Origin: Nanobdellota archaeon
GTDB taxonomy: Archaea > Aenigmatarchaeota > Aenigmatarchaeia > QMZP01
Direction: 5' to 3'
DNA: 64,000 nucleotides
NCBI GenBank assembly: GCA_018816245.1
Contig: JAHIVW010000003.1
Location: 45,195-109,194 of the forward strand
Part shown: positions 1 to 9,909 of the stretch, in pieces
Layout: every line of letters starts with the position of its first letter
How positions within the stretch are numbered: position 1 is the stretch's first letter
Notes under the pieces: model-generated
Database searches by the model: none
What the model was told of the DNA's origin: nothing
Seen by the model: only the letters and a program-made list of their open reading frames with translations
Translations under genes and position numbers: made by a program

Positions 1-1
1 G

Positions 2-97
2 AACGTATGGATCGGCTCGTACATGCTTGCAGGGGACGATCTCGATCAGAATGGGGAATACCGTCCTCTGGAAGTCAAACTCTACATTTGGGAGTAA
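2..97 (+). CDS. 3' end of a hypothetical protein (truncated by window edge)
   Basis: Open frame from nt 2 (NVWIGSYMLAGDDLDQNGEYRPLEVKLYIWE*) ending 3 nt before the next ATG. Confidence 0.55.
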   Translation, partial: NVWIGSYMLAGDDLDQNGEYRPLEVKLYIWE

Positions 98-100
98 AAT

Positions 101-646
101 ATGAAAGGACAATTCTACGTACTCGGTGCCCTGGTGTTGATCGTCATCCTCTTTGCTGGCATTCCTCTGGAGCGGCCTGTCCTTGTTCAGCAGTCCAAGG
201 ATCTTGACTACCTGCTCACAAACATCAAACAAGAGTTTCCCCGGGCAGTCAACCTTGGCAGAAACCAGAGCACGGCTCTTTCTGTGCTCGAACATTTCAC
301 GAGCTTTACAACAAGCCGGCTTGCAGAGAAAGCAATCACCTTCAACACCTTCTGGATGCTTGTCCAGAACACGAGCGGAAGCGACGTCACGATTGATATT
401 GGCAACTATTTAGGAACACCCCTTTCGGTTGTCCTCACCTTTCCGAGTGAGACACAGATCATCGTGGTGCCGGCAAACACGACCAATGAGACAACGTATA
501 CCGTGAGCAGCGACCCGTACAATCTCACCATCAACTTCACAATCGCGAACAAGACCGTGCGGTGGTACGAGGACAAAACCAACTTCTATGGGTATTTCCG
601 CCTCCAACGAGGAGAGAATATCGTGGTTGACGACATTGAAGCGTAG
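101..646 (+). CDS. Pilin-like surface protein with class III signal peptide
   Basis: N-terminus MKG|QFYVLGALVLIVILFAG (KG/Q cleavage motif plus hydrophobic helix); multiple N-x-S/T sequons. Confidence 0.65.
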   Translation: MKGQFYVLGALVLIVILFAGIPLERPVLVQQSKDLDYLLTNIKQEFPRAVNLGRNQSTALSVLEHFTSFTTSRLAEKAITFNTFWMLVQNTSGSDVTIDIGNYLGTPLSVVLTFPSETQIIVVPANTTNETTYTVSSDPYNLTINFTIANKTVRWYEDKTNFYGYFRLQRGENIVVDDIEA

Positions 647-702
647 AATCAGAGGTGTAGGGCGTACGAGGCCACCCTACCCCGTTGAACCTGATTCAAT
701 GA

Positions 703-825
703 TTAGACAGCAACGAGGCGGGGACCCCGTTGCAATTCGTACAGCGCCTGCAGTTCAATATAGTCATCCTCTTGGTTCCGCAGCATCTTTGGTGTCTGCA
801 ACACGACCTTTGCTTTTCCGAACAT
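703..825 (-). CDS. Small 40-aa hypothetical protein (MFGKAKVVLQTPKMLRNQEDDYIELQALYELQRGPRLVAV)
   Basis: GGAGGTG Shine-Dalgarno just upstream of ATG; fills an otherwise empty gap; below the ORF-track size cutoff. Confidence 0.55.
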   Translation of the reverse strand: MFGKAKVVLQTPKMLRNQEDDYIELQALYELQRGPRLVAV

Positions 826-898
826 AGGGCACACCTCCAAGAAGACGATCGTTGTGCATTGGCTTTAAGTTAAGCGAGGCAGCGTGCCGGCTGGGCCG

Positions 899-1282
899 TT
901 ATTCTTTCTTCTCCTTGACTTCCTTCTTCACCACGACCTCCCGTTTCCCGCCGAGCAGCATGTTGAGGAAGCGGTAGACCATAGAGAGGATTGCATAGAG
1001 AATGAAGAGCCCGACGGCCATGGTTGCGAACCAGATCATGCTCGAGATGGTCACCGGAAGATCCCAGCCAAGAAACCAGTTCGCCCCGATCGGGAACAGT
1101 GCTGCAACAAGCCCAATCGTGACCACGCGCATGGCGAACTGGAACATCCGGAAGGCAACGAACACGAAGACCCCGAAGACAATGAGGAGGAGAATGGGAT
1201 TGACATTGGAAATGAAGCCGAGTCCGCCAGTGACAATATCAGTCAGGAACTCAAGAACCATACCTCCCTTTTGGGGAGGCAT
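899..1282 (-). CDS. Hypothetical membrane protein
   Basis: Three to four hydrophobic segments and a charged KE-rich tail; true start may be the downstream MVLEF. Confidence 0.7.
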   Translation of the reverse strand: MPPQKGGMVLEFLTDIVTGGLGFISNVNPILLLIVFGVFVFVAFRMFQFAMRVVTIGLVAALFPIGANWFLGWDLPVTISSMIWFATMAVGLFILYAILSMVYRFLNMLLGGKREVVVKKEVKEKKE

Positions 1283-1325
1283 CCTTATACTGGTTTTTAA
1301 GCTTCTCGAGCCAATTTCCTTTCAC

Positions 1326-1433
1326 GCCTCCGTAGCTCAATTGGTAGAGCATCTGACTTGTACCTGATCTATGGAGCTTCGGCTGTGACAGCAGGAGATC
1401 AGAAGGTTCTGGGTTCGATTCCCAGCGGGGGCT
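1326..1433 (+). tRNA. tRNA-Thr(UGU) with 35-nt intron at 37/38 (1363-1397)
   Basis: GCCTCCG/CGGGGGC acceptor; D arm GCTC/GAGC; TCTGA-CT-TGT-A[intron]A-TCAGA; T loop TTCGATT. Confidence 0.93.
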
Positions 1434-1434
1434 T

Positions 1435-1839
1435 ATGAAACAGTTCGGTCCGCACCTCATGATCGATGCATCCAAGTGCAACCAAGAAACGCTGCGCGAT
1501 CAGGATCTCGTCCGCCGTGTCCTCAGAGAACTCCCTGAACAACTTGGCATGACGATCATTTATCCACCAACAGTCGTTGAATGGACCGACAAATGGGCAA
1601 CGGTTCCTGGATATTCAGGCTTCGTCATGATCGCCGAAAGCCACATCAGCATCCATACGTTCCCGGACAACGACTACGTCTTCATGGACATTTTTTCGTG
1701 CCGCCCGTTCGATATTGAGACAGCAAAAAAGTACTTACTCGCTGCGTTTGATGCCAAGCAAGCAACAGTCTCCCTCGCCAAACGGGGTCAGGGCTTTGTA
1801 AAATCTCCCCATCAGATCGCTTCTGCAGCAATGCGGTAA
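1435..1839 (+). CDS. speD: Pyruvoyl-dependent S-adenosylmethionine decarboxylase family protein
   Basis: GYSGFVMIAE-SHISIHTFP autocleavage motif, DIFSC; paralogs of this family can be arginine decarboxylases. Confidence 0.85.
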   Translation: MKQFGPHLMIDASKCNQETLRDQDLVRRVLRELPEQLGMTIIYPPTVVEWTDKWATVPGYSGFVMIAESHISIHTFPDNDYVFMDIFSCRPFDIETAKKYLLAAFDAKQATVSLAKRGQGFVKSPHQIASAAMR

Positions 1840-2447
1840 TGGACGATATCCCTCACCGTTCCCACGGGAACAAGTTCGAATAGGGCGTATGCACCAGCAG
1901 GCACACTACCAACCAACGTCACTCCGACAGCAACAAGATCGCCTGCAGCATCAAAGAACGCGCCTGCTACCTGGACGGTTGCTGCTGTTGCTTGGGTGTT
2001 CTGGACAAACCCTTCAAGTACTGCTCCGTTCCGAACCACGACGACAGGAAGCGTCACCATAGAATGTTCGCTTGTCGTTGCCTGAACCGACAACGTCAGC
2101 TTTGTCGGATTCTTGATGTTCGGGAGAAACACACGGAACGGCACCTGCTCACCGGACGCAAGGCGCTCACGCACAGCAGCGCCGGTTGCGTAGGAGATGA
2201 GGTCATCTGCACCTGTGGCAACAACAAGAACATTGACATCTTCAACAACACGACCGCCGTTGTTCGTGACATAGCCGAGAATCAAACTTCCGCCGTCGAG
2301 GGAAAGTACACGATAGCCATCAACGACAGCAGGGCCCTGGTCTGCAATAACATACGCTGTTGCCGGGAGATGCAGGACGACGAATATTCCAAGAACAATC
2401 AATAGAAACACTCCAGTAGCAATCTGGCGGGCAGCCATACTCTTCAC
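1812..2447 (-). CDS. Membrane-anchored Ig-like (FxLYD-type) protein
   Basis: N-terminal TM helix; two repeats of G.V.N...V....F.D..G.LV. Confidence 0.6.
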   Translation of the reverse strand: MKSMAARQIATGVFLLIVLGIFVVLHLPATAYVIADQGPAVVDGYRVLSLDGGSLILGYVTNNGGRVVEDVNVLVVATGADDLISYATGAAVRERLASGEQVPFRVFLPNIKNPTKLTLSVQATTSEHSMVTLPVVVVRNGAVLEGFVQNTQATAATVQVAGAFFDAAGDLVAVGVTLVGSVPAGAYALFELVPVGTVRDIVHYRIAAEAI

Positions 2448-2462
2448 TTTCTTTCAGGTTAT

Positions 2463-3143
2463 TTAAGCTGGCTTTGCTTGCAGATGCGCCCGCTTTACGA
2501 GGTAGGTCCCTGTCTCCCCGTCCCAGGTTGTTGCTGCGTCATCAATCACCAGCTGTTTCTTGAATACTGGACAATCAAGGACAAGTGATTCGTATTCCCC
2601 ACCCTCACCTGCTGGATGGAAGCGGAACTTTTTGCTCAAGGCAAGCAATGCATCGATTGTTGTCTTGTCAATTGTTTTCCCAAGCCATTCCTTCCCGAGG
2701 CCCTCGCAGGCGACCTTGGTCAGACAGTAGACAAACCCTTCGTCACCAAGTGTGCGGACATACGCTTCTGGGTCCTGCTGCCAGACAGGAGCATAGACAG
2801 CGAGCCCAAGCTTCTTGCAGATCATTGTCACACGATCGTGTTGATATCGTGATGCCAGTGCTCCGGCAGCGACACCATCAATTCCTTTGAGGATTCGAAG
2901 TGCCTGTTCCAAATCCTGTAGTTCGTGCTCTTTCTTCCCAGCAGTTGGGACCACCGTTTGTGGGATGGTCAATGCTTGCGCGAGCAGGTTCGTGAGGTGA
3001 ATGTTTGGATGGTGGAACATGTATGAATCAGGATTCTTCGGCGCGAAGCTGATCAAGCGAACAACATCATGGCCGTCCTGAAGCGCTCGATGTACAACGT
3101 ACGTGCTGTCCTTTCCGCCGGAAAAGAGTGCTGCAAGCTTCAT
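2463..3143 (-). CDS. dph6: Diphthine-ammonia ligase / PP-loop ATPase
   Basis: LFSGGKDS PP-loop, SYMFH, GEGGEYES. Confidence 0.9.
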   Translation of the reverse strand: MKLAALFSGGKDSTYVVHRALQDGHDVVRLISFAPKNPDSYMFHHPNIHLTNLLAQALTIPQTVVPTAGKKEHELQDLEQALRILKGIDGVAAGALASRYQHDRVTMICKKLGLAVYAPVWQQDPEAYVRTLGDEGFVYCLTKVACEGLGKEWLGKTIDKTTIDALLALSKKFRFHPAGEGGEYESLVLDCPVFKKQLVIDDAATTWDGETGTYLVKRAHLQAKPA

Positions 3144-3171
3144 GCATTCCCATGTGCAGGGAGCTTAAAAA

Positions 3172-4221
3172 CTAGCGCTTGCGCCGCTTTGTTGGTTTCC
3201 GCTTCACAACCCGCTTGCTCACATATCGTTTCCGGACTGGCCGTCTTTTCGTCAACCGTTTTCGCATCTTCTTCTGAACAGGCTTTCGGTGTGGTTTCCT
3301 TCGTGCCACCCACGTCTTTCTGACTCGTTTTCTTCGGATTGCCTTCTTCACTGCTTTCTTTCGGACAACCTTCTTCCGTTTGTGTACCTTCTTTTCGACC
3401 TGTGCGTCAAGGCACACCTTCCACTGCCGCGGTCCATATGGCAGCACCTTTCTAACTGTTACAGCAACAAGCTTGTAGCCTGCCTTCTTGCAGGCATCCT
3501 TGAGTGTTCGCTTTGCGCCAGCGAAGGACGTGCTTTCCCGTTCAACGGTGTAAAAATGAACCCATCCTCGGTGTCTCAAGGAACGGATTGCATCCTCAAG
3601 GAACAGATGACCTTCCTTCGGGAGCGGCATAATAACCCGATGGTACTTACCATGATGTTTCTGTTCCGCAAGAACGTGTTTCGCATCACCGAGAATCGGT
3701 GTTACTTGCTTGTCGACTTTGTTGAGCATGGCGTTCTGGCAGAGGTAGTAGAACCCATGCGGATTGATTTCAACAGCAACGATTTTCACCTTCGGTTGTT
3801 TTTTTGCAATAGCAATTGCGTACGGACCGACTCCAGCAAACAAGAGCAGGACCTGTTCTTTCTTCTTCACAGCACTGGCAACCCGTTGCCGCTCCTCTCC
3901 TTCCCGAGGAGAAAAGTACACGGTTGCGACATCCATAAACAAACGGTAGCCGTATTCAATGTGCGTTGTTTCCGTTGTGCCGCCGTAAATCACTTCAAAG
4001 GTCCGGAGCCGGTGCGGGCCGCTTCGTTCCCCTGTTTTCACCAGAATGGTTTGCAATCGCGGGTGGGTTTCGAGAATGGTTTTCACAATCCATTTGCTCC
4101 AGCGCAGCAACTCAGAGGGAATATCCAGAATGGCGATGTCCCCGATGATGTCAAAACTTTTCGGTAGGTTGGCGAGCTGGTTGGGGGGAATCTTTCCTAT
4201 AAGCGCCTCGCGAAGGTTCAT
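3172..4221 (-). CDS. trm5: tRNA (guanine-37-N1)-methyltransferase Trm5/Taw family with basic C-terminal tail
   Basis: FDIIGDIAI, YFSPR, LFAGVGPY SAM motif, VIMPLP. Confidence 0.85.
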   Translation of the reverse strand: MNLREALIGKIPPNQLANLPKSFDIIGDIAILDIPSELLRWSKWIVKTILETHPRLQTILVKTGERSGPHRLRTFEVIYGGTTETTHIEYGYRLFMDVATVYFSPREGEERQRVASAVKKKEQVLLLFAGVGPYAIAIAKKQPKVKIVAVEINPHGFYYLCQNAMLNKVDKQVTPILGDAKHVLAEQKHHGKYHRVIMPLPKEGHLFLEDAIRSLRHRGWVHFYTVERESTSFAGAKRTLKDACKKAGYKLVAVTVRKVLPYGPRQWKVCLDAQVEKKVHKRKKVVRKKAVKKAIRRKRVRKTWVARRKPHRKPVQKKMRKRLTKRRPVRKRYVSKRVVKRKPTKRRKR

Positions 4222-4811
4222 TCTATCTCCTTTTTGGTGTCAGGAGCATAAAACAGTTGCGACGGTTTCCTGAGGGGGATCACTGCAACATCCCGATACA
4301 CCGCCCCACCTGGACGCAGCTTACTTTCTTTTAGTTTGATCTCGGTCACGCCGAAGAAGCCAAGCGACGATTTCTTTGCACGAATCGCATCAAGGAGTGC
4401 CTCCTTCCCTCGCGGGCCGAATACCCGGCCAATGGTCAGATGGGGAACAGGGGGCAATCCTGTTTCTGTTTTGATCGGCAGTGTCGTGTTGCATGCCTTC
4501 ATCAAAGCTGCGATTTCCTCCTTTCCTTGAGTCGGGCCAATCCAGATCACATGGATAAACCGATCGTTCCCAAAGAACCCGAACTGGTCCAAATCAGCCG
4601 TGAACGGCGGCCGTGCCGCGATTTCCTGAAGCTTCTGCTGCAATGACGGAACAGCAGCTTCAGCGATTTCACCGAGAAACGTGAGAGTGAAATGGAGGTT
4701 CTCTGGAGCAACCCACCGGACTTGGGCGTTTGTCTTCTGGAACTCGACGATGACGTTTGAGATTGCTTCCCGGAGGGGCTGAGGAAGATCGATCGCGACG
4801 AAGAGCCTCAT
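4218..4811 (-). CDS. thpR: RNA 2',3'-cyclic phosphodiesterase (2H family)
   Basis: MRLFVAID start; two HxT motifs (LHFTL, PHLTI). Confidence 0.9.
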   Translation of the reverse strand: MRLFVAIDLPQPLREAISNVIVEFQKTNAQVRWVAPENLHFTLTFLGEIAEAAVPSLQQKLQEIAARPPFTADLDQFGFFGNDRFIHVIWIGPTQGKEEIAALMKACNTTLPIKTETGLPPVPHLTIGRVFGPRGKEALLDAIRAKKSSLGFFGVTEIKLKESKLRPGGAVYRDVAVIPLRKPSQLFYAPDTKKEIE

Positions 4812-4841
4812 AAAGAAGAATTGATTCAAGGGTTAAAATAT

Positions 4842-5003
4842 CTTCACATGAAACTTCACACGACCTTCACAAGAAGAAATAGGAAACGACCTTTTAATGG
4901 AAACCTTCATCACAGCTTCACCGAAACCCTTTCTTCATATAAAAATCACAGCTTTATTCACAGAACCTTCATAACAGCGTTTTTTCTTCACACCATCTTC
5001 ACA
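4842..5003 (+). repeat. Array of about 9 CTTCA(C/T) direct repeats in an AT-rich intergenic region
   Basis: Copies at 4842, 4854, 4865, 4905, 4916, 4933, 4967, 4986, 4997. Confidence 0.75.
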
Positions 5004-5040
5004 TATTTAAATCTAGAACACACCTTCTCCTAGGACCACT

Positions 5041-6096
5041 ATGAACGAAAACCGCTTCTCCCTTTTTAATTGGTCACAAAACCCTTTTACCTTCACTATT
5101 TTCCCGAAATTATTCGTGAACCACGAAAAAGAGTTCGGTGCTCTGTTCAACTCTCTCAATGGCGGTGATAAGTTTTCTATCCTTTTTGGTCCGACAGGAT
5201 CAGGAAAGACAACCATGCTTCGTTCGCTCCAAGAACGGTTCGACGGCCACCGCGATGTCCTCTACTTGGCGAAACCACCGAACACCCCTGAAGATTGGGT
5301 AACGGTCTTCCGGCGCATTATCCAAGGTCGGCTTTCCTTCCTCTCCCGGAAACAAATTGATTTATATTCCCTTACCGACGCATTGAACCAGAAACTCAAA
5401 ACAAAGCGGCTTCTCCTGTTCGTTGATGAAGCACATGAAGCAACACGCGAAAGTCTTGAATGGCTCCGCGTGATTGTCGACCAGGTTGCCAACCTGTACA
5501 TTGTCATGGCAGCGCTTCCAACCTTTGAGCGGACCCTCAAAGAAAACCTTGAAACCTTCCTGAAACGAATCAACACAAAAGTCGAGCTCGGCAGCCTGAA
5601 CCGTTCTGAAACGCGCGAACTCATCAAGCGGAGAATCGAACGAGTTGGTGGATCGGACATCAACCCGTTTACCAGCGAAGCAATCGAGTGCGTGTTCCAG
5701 CAAACCGGCGGCTTCCCCCGGGAAGTCCTTCGCATCTGCAATGATGTTGCAACCCAGGCGCTTGACAAACAACTCACCACTATTCATATTGATTTCTTCA
5801 AGGATGTTTCTGAACCCAAAGAACCAGAACGCATCACTCCAGAAACCCTTGAGGAATTACCGGAACGGCAGCGGAAGCTTCTGGAAGTGCTCGCCCAAAA
5901 AGGAACTGCATCCCCAGCCCAGATTGTAAAAGCCCTCGCCGCAGAAGGCTACAAGAATCGGGACAATGCTGTTCGGTCAATCAACAACCTCCTGAAGCGC
6001 CTGATGACGCAAGGATTTGTCGAGCGCCAGAAACGAGGGAAGACGTACAAATACCAGGTTTCTCCGAAGTATCAAAGCATGTTAGTAACAGCTTAA
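5041..6096 (+). CDS. AAA+ ATPase (ExeA/Cdc6-like) with C-terminal winged-helix domain
   Basis: GPTGSGKTT Walker A, LLFVDEAH Walker B, TGGFPRE sensor, C-terminal wHTH (LPERQRKLL...GFVERQKRGK). Confidence 0.8.
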   Translation: MNENRFSLFNWSQNPFTFTIFPKLFVNHEKEFGALFNSLNGGDKFSILFGPTGSGKTTMLRSLQERFDGHRDVLYLAKPPNTPEDWVTVFRRIIQGRLSFLSRKQIDLYSLTDALNQKLKTKRLLLFVDEAHEATRESLEWLRVIVDQVANLYIVMAALPTFERTLKENLETFLKRINTKVELGSLNRSETRELIKRRIERVGGSDINPFTSEAIECVFQQTGGFPREVLRICNDVATQALDKQLTTIHIDFFKDVSEPKEPERITPETLEELPERQRKLLEVLAQKGTASPAQIVKALAAEGYKNRDNAVRSINNLLKRLMTQGFVERQKRGKTYKYQVSPKYQSMLVTA

Positions 6097-6764
6097 CGAA
6101 ACAGCGCTTCAAATTCAAGACCAGTTTCTTCCTTAATTCCATTCAGCAGATACCAGAAAATCAGCCCAAGGACAGCAATCATTGGGAGAGCGATCACCGG
6201 AAAACTCAATGCAGTCATGTACCCAAGTTCATTGTTGAATGCAACTGTTCCTGGCGGGCTTACAACAATAATTTTTGCAAGCATGTAGTTCAGTGCTGCA
6301 GACAAGAAGAAGGATGCACCAAAGAAATATGAGGCGTGTGAGAACCGGCGATCAAATGCGTCCCGTGTTCCTTGGTGGTGAAGTGCTGCAGTGATCTTCT
6401 CCATGGCCAATACCTTCTCAAAGAGTTTCCGGACAATAGAAAACCGCGTTTTCTCAGAAATAATAATGATCAGGCCGATCGTCAATGGAACTCCTGCTTC
6501 TTTAATTGCAACAAGTTCAGGATCGAGATGCAGGATGCCGATACTGCCAGTCAATCCCACCCCAATGATGCCAATAATCGAGAGCAGGTTCACGTTCCCT
6601 GCAGCTGCCAGATCATAGATACCGTAGCCAATGGGGAAGGCGATCGCAAGAAGCAATCCGTACAGCGGCCCAAGATATGTTGGTCCGCTGAAGCGGAGGA
6701 GGATAATCACGGGAATGACAATGTTGATAAGGAGACTGATCAAAACCGCTTTTCCTTCTGCCAT
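6093..6764 (-). CDS. VC0807-like integral membrane protein
   Basis: NIVIP..IL, LGP..GLL.A.AFP, AIKEA..P, FN.ELG.MTALSFPVI motifs. Confidence 0.7.
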   Translation of the reverse strand: MAEGKAVLISLLINIVIPVIILLRFSGPTYLGPLYGLLLAIAFPIGYGIYDLAAAGNVNLLSIIGIIGVGLTGSIGILHLDPELVAIKEAGVPLTIGLIIIISEKTRFSIVRKLFEKVLAMEKITAALHHQGTRDAFDRRFSHASYFFGASFFLSAALNYMLAKIIVVSPPGTVAFNNELGYMTALSFPVIALPMIAVLGLIFWYLLNGIKEETGLEFEALFR

Positions 6765-6813
6765 ATGCTTGCCTAGATTTCTCGTTAATAAATCAGCAAT
6801 TGTATCAGAACAC

Positions 6814-7524
6814 ATGAAGCTGCTGGTGGCACTGATACTTGTGGCACTGGTTGCAGGCTGCACGCAGGGAGGTGGAACCGTGAGCGAGCAAGTACAGTTT
6901 CAGACACTCGATGGTTTCGAGATCCATGGTACCTTTTATGCAAATCCCGAAAAACCAGGACTCATCCTCTTGCCTATGCTCGGAGAGACCCAGTCGAGTT
7001 GGAACCAGTTCGTTCCCTACCTCACGAACGATTTTCAGGTGCTCGTGATCGATCTGCGCGGTCATGGAAAGAGCACCAAGCAGAACGGCCAGGGAAAGAG
7101 CTGGAACCTCTTTCTGGAAAACGATTTTAAGAACATGGTATTCGATGTCGCAGCTGCAAAACAATTCCTCCAGCAGCGCGGCGTGACCTCCATAGGTATC
7201 ATGGGAGCGAGCATTGGCGCGAATGTCGCCTTGAACGAGGTTACTAATGTCGATGCTCTTGTTCTTCTGTCACCGGGTCTGGACTACAAAGGTGTAAAGA
7301 CGCTCGAGGCAGTGAAGCTGTATACCAAACCACTTCTGATCATTGCCAGTGAGGACGATCCTTCCTCCGCAGCGGCGTCGCGGCAACTCTACAACGCTTC
7401 ACCACTTTCCCCTGAACAGAAGGAGCTCGTGGTCATGCAGGCAGCCGGGCACGGGACAGCCATGCTGTTCAAGGAGACGACGAATCAGGTGATCCTGAGC
7501 TGGCTGAAGAATGAGTTCGGTTGA
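6814..7524 (+). CDS. Alpha/beta hydrolase lipoprotein
   Basis: Lipobox LVAGC; DLRGHG; GASIG nucleophile elbow; C-terminal GHG. Confidence 0.85.
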   Translation: MKLLVALILVALVAGCTQGGGTVSEQVQFQTLDGFEIHGTFYANPEKPGLILLPMLGETQSSWNQFVPYLTNDFQVLVIDLRGHGKSTKQNGQGKSWNLFLENDFKNMVFDVAAAKQFLQQRGVTSIGIMGASIGANVALNEVTNVDALVLLSPGLDYKGVKTLEAVKLYTKPLLIIASEDDPSSAAASRQLYNASPLSPEQKELVVMQAAGHGTAMLFKETTNQVILSWLKNEFG

Positions 7525-7685
7525 TTTTTCTCTTCTCCCAGGTTGTTCTTGTTCTCAACCGCAGGTACTTCTGGTCTCCAGAAAAGCAGGACATGCTTGC
7601 GGCCCAATCGGCCCTTCCCCACCGGGAACCTTTAAAAAAGTCAGGAGTTAAGACAAGCATGTCACAAATGCGCACCGTCGTTGTT

Positions 7686-9872
7686 ATGGATAGCCCTACA
7701 GCATTCCGGGTTGAGGATCTGCCTGGTGTCGGAGAGAAGATTGCCGAGAAACTCAGGGCCGCAGGCTATATTGATGTTATGGCACTCGCTGCAGCAAGTG
7801 CTGGCGAGCTCATGGAAGCGACCTCCATTGGTGAGGAGACCGCGAACAAGATTATCAACGCCTGTCGCAGGAAATTGAACATGGGATTCGAACCAGCGAC
7901 TGCTGCCATGGAACGGCGGTTGCAGATCGGCAAGATTACGACTGGTTCAAAGAAACTGGACGAACTTCTTGGTGGTGGTGTCGAGACGCAGGCGATCACT
8001 GAGGCGCATGGGGCCTTCGGATGCCTTACCGGTGATACCAAGATCACCCTTTCAAACGGACAAATGGTTCCTATTGGCTCGCTTGCACGAGGCTACCAAG
8101 CTGGAGTTCATCCGTTTTCACTTTCTCTTCTCAGCATGTCCGGAAACGCGCTTATTCGTGCACGTACTTCAAATCTTCACGTTTACGATTGTCCGGAGGT
8201 CCTAAAGGTCACACTTGGAAATGGGATGAACGTTTCCGTTACTCCCAATCACCCACTAATGACCCCGGGCGGTTGGAAGGAGGCAGGGGCTCTCACATCC
8301 AAAGACACTATCAAAATCGTTCGTGACGATAATTTCTCTGAGAAGCAGGTTATTCTGAATACGAACGTTTCTGTGAGTAAATATGCTCCGAACACAGAGC
8401 GGTTTATTCTTCCTAAAAAACTTTCCTCTGAGCTTGCTGAGATTCTCGCCTATGTCCTCGGAGAGGGATGGAACGAACGCTGGAGGCCCCACTTACGCGT
8501 TTCCCGCATTTGTTTCACAAATACGAACAAGAAAATGCTTGATAAGTTTGCCGAGAATGTAAATACAGTCTTCAAAAAAGATGTGAACATCCGCTATCGA
8601 CGAGAAAATATTACAGCATATTCAATTGATTCCGTCTGTATTGGCGAATTTTTTGAGCAGTTCCAAGGACTTTATCATCATGCAAAAGAGAAATATGTTC
8701 CTGCTCAGATATTCAGTTCACCCAAAGACGTTGTTACACGATTCCTTGCGGCATTCTATGACTGTGAGGGACACGTGAAGCATGATATTGAGAAAAAACG
8801 CGACAAAATGGTGTCATGGAAACTGAAGGACGGAACAGAGCAATCGAAAGCCTATTCAGTGGCAAGCTTTGGTCGGGATATTGACCTCAGAAGCGCCAGC
8901 AGGAAACTTCTTAACGGTATTCAGATTCTCCTCACAAAACTTGGCATTGACACTTGGATTAACGAGGATGTGAGGACACTTGATAGGAAGACTTTTACTG
9001 GTTACAAACTCCATGTCACCGGTAAATACAATATCCAGAAATTTTACGAAGAAGTTGGTATTCATACAATTCGACTTCGTGATAAAATCGAAGCCTGCCT
9101 TGAAAGCTACAGGCGATCTGTCAGAAAACGGACTTCCGACTTCCTTGGTGTTCGTGACATTCGGCGCATAGCGACACCTGACGGCAAAGTCTATGATCTT
9201 GAAGTCCCACAATTCCATAATTTCCTTGCAGATAATATCCTCTCTCATAATTCAGGCAAATCCCAGATCGCACATCAACTAGCTGTTACAGTTCAGTTAC
9301 CGAAAGAACGTGGAGGCCTAGATGGGAATGCAATCCTGATAGATACAGAACAAACTTTCAGGCCCGAGCGAATAGTCGACATGGCGAAGGCACTGGACCT
9401 TGATTCTGACCAGGCACTCGAGCGGATCTTCATGGCACGTGCGTACAATTCTGATCACCAGATGTTACTTGTTGAGAAGGCAGAGGAGCTGATCAAGGAG
9501 AACAATGTGAAGATAATTATCGTCGACTCGTTGACCGCGGCGTTCCGGAGCGATTACACCGGGCGGGGAACCCTTGCCAACCGGCAGCAAAAACTGAATC
9601 GACATTTACACAAGCTGCAGCGGCTGGCGGATGTGTACAACGTTGCGATCTATGTCACCAATCAAGTCATGAGCAGGCCTGATATTCTCTTTGGCGATCC
9701 CACAGCCCCGATTGGCGGGCATATTGTTGGCCATCAGGCAACCTATCGGCTCTACCTTCGGAAAAGCAAAGGCGAGAAGCGGGTTGCGAAGATGATCGAC
9801 TCGCCGAACCTGCCGGAGGCGGAGTGTGTGTTCGGCGTCGGGCTGGCCGGGATCAGGGATATGGACGAGTGA
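7686..9872 (+). CDS. radA: DNA repair/recombination protein RadA containing an intein
   Basis: DLPGVG HhH, LDELLGGG, split Walker A GAFG|[24 protein letters not shown]; start may be 7659. Confidence 0.95.
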   Translation: MDSPTAFRVEDLPGVGEKIAEKLRAAGYIDVMALAAASAGELMEATSIGEETANKIINACRRKLNMGFEPATAAMERRLQIGKITTGSKKLDELLGGGVETQAITEAHGAFGCLTGDTKITLSNGQMVPIGSLARGYQAGVHPFSLSLLSMSGNALIRARTSNLHVYDCPEVLKVTLGNGMNVSVTPNHPLMTPGGWKEAGALTSKDTIKIVRDDNFSEKQVILNTNVSVSKYAPNTERFILPKKLSSELAEILAYVLGEGWNERWRPHLRVSRICFTNTNKKMLDKFAENVNTVFKKDVNIRYRRENITAYSIDSVCIGEFFEQFQGLYHHAKEKYVPAQIFSSPKDVVTRFLAAFYDCEGHVKHDIEKKRDKMVSWKLKDGTEQSKAYSVASFGRDIDLRSASRKLLNGIQILLTKLGIDTWINEDVRTLDRKTFTGYKLHVTGKYNIQKFYEEVGIHTIRLRDKIEACLESYRRSVRKRTSDFLGVRDIRRIATPDGKVYDLEVPQFHNFLADNILSHNSGKSQIAHQLAVTVQLPKERGGLDGNAILIDTEQTFRPERIVDMAKALDLDSDQALERIFMARAYNSDHQMLLVEKAEELIKENNVKIIIVDSLTAAFRSDYTGRGTLANRQQKLNRHLHKLQRLADVYNVAIYVTNQVMSRPDILFGDPTAPIGGHIVGHQATYRLYLRKSKGEKRVAKMIDSPNLPEAECVFGVGLAGIRDMDE
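8022..9251 (+). mobile_element. Intein (410 aa) with LAGLIDADG homing endonuclease in radA
   Basis: Starts CLTGDT; block B TPNHP; LAYVLGEG and [10 protein letters not shown] motifs; ends VYDL...HN followed by Ser; AT-richer than flanks. Confidence 0.95.
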
Positions 9873-9880
9873 GCGAACCT

Positions 9881-9903
9881 TTATAAACTATAGTTCTCTA
9901 TAG
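9881..9903 (+). promoter_or_regulatory. TATA box plus palindromic operator of the TA module
   Basis: TTATAA overlapping the AACTATAGTT palindrome (9886-9895), second CTATAG at 9898-9903. Confidence 0.5.
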
Positions 9904-9909
9904 TACACT

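Noticed and set aside
3289-4167. Long antisense ORFs (e.g. 3289-4167, 12687-13574, 17343-18020)
   Set aside because: Shadow frames of well-supported genes on the opposite strand.
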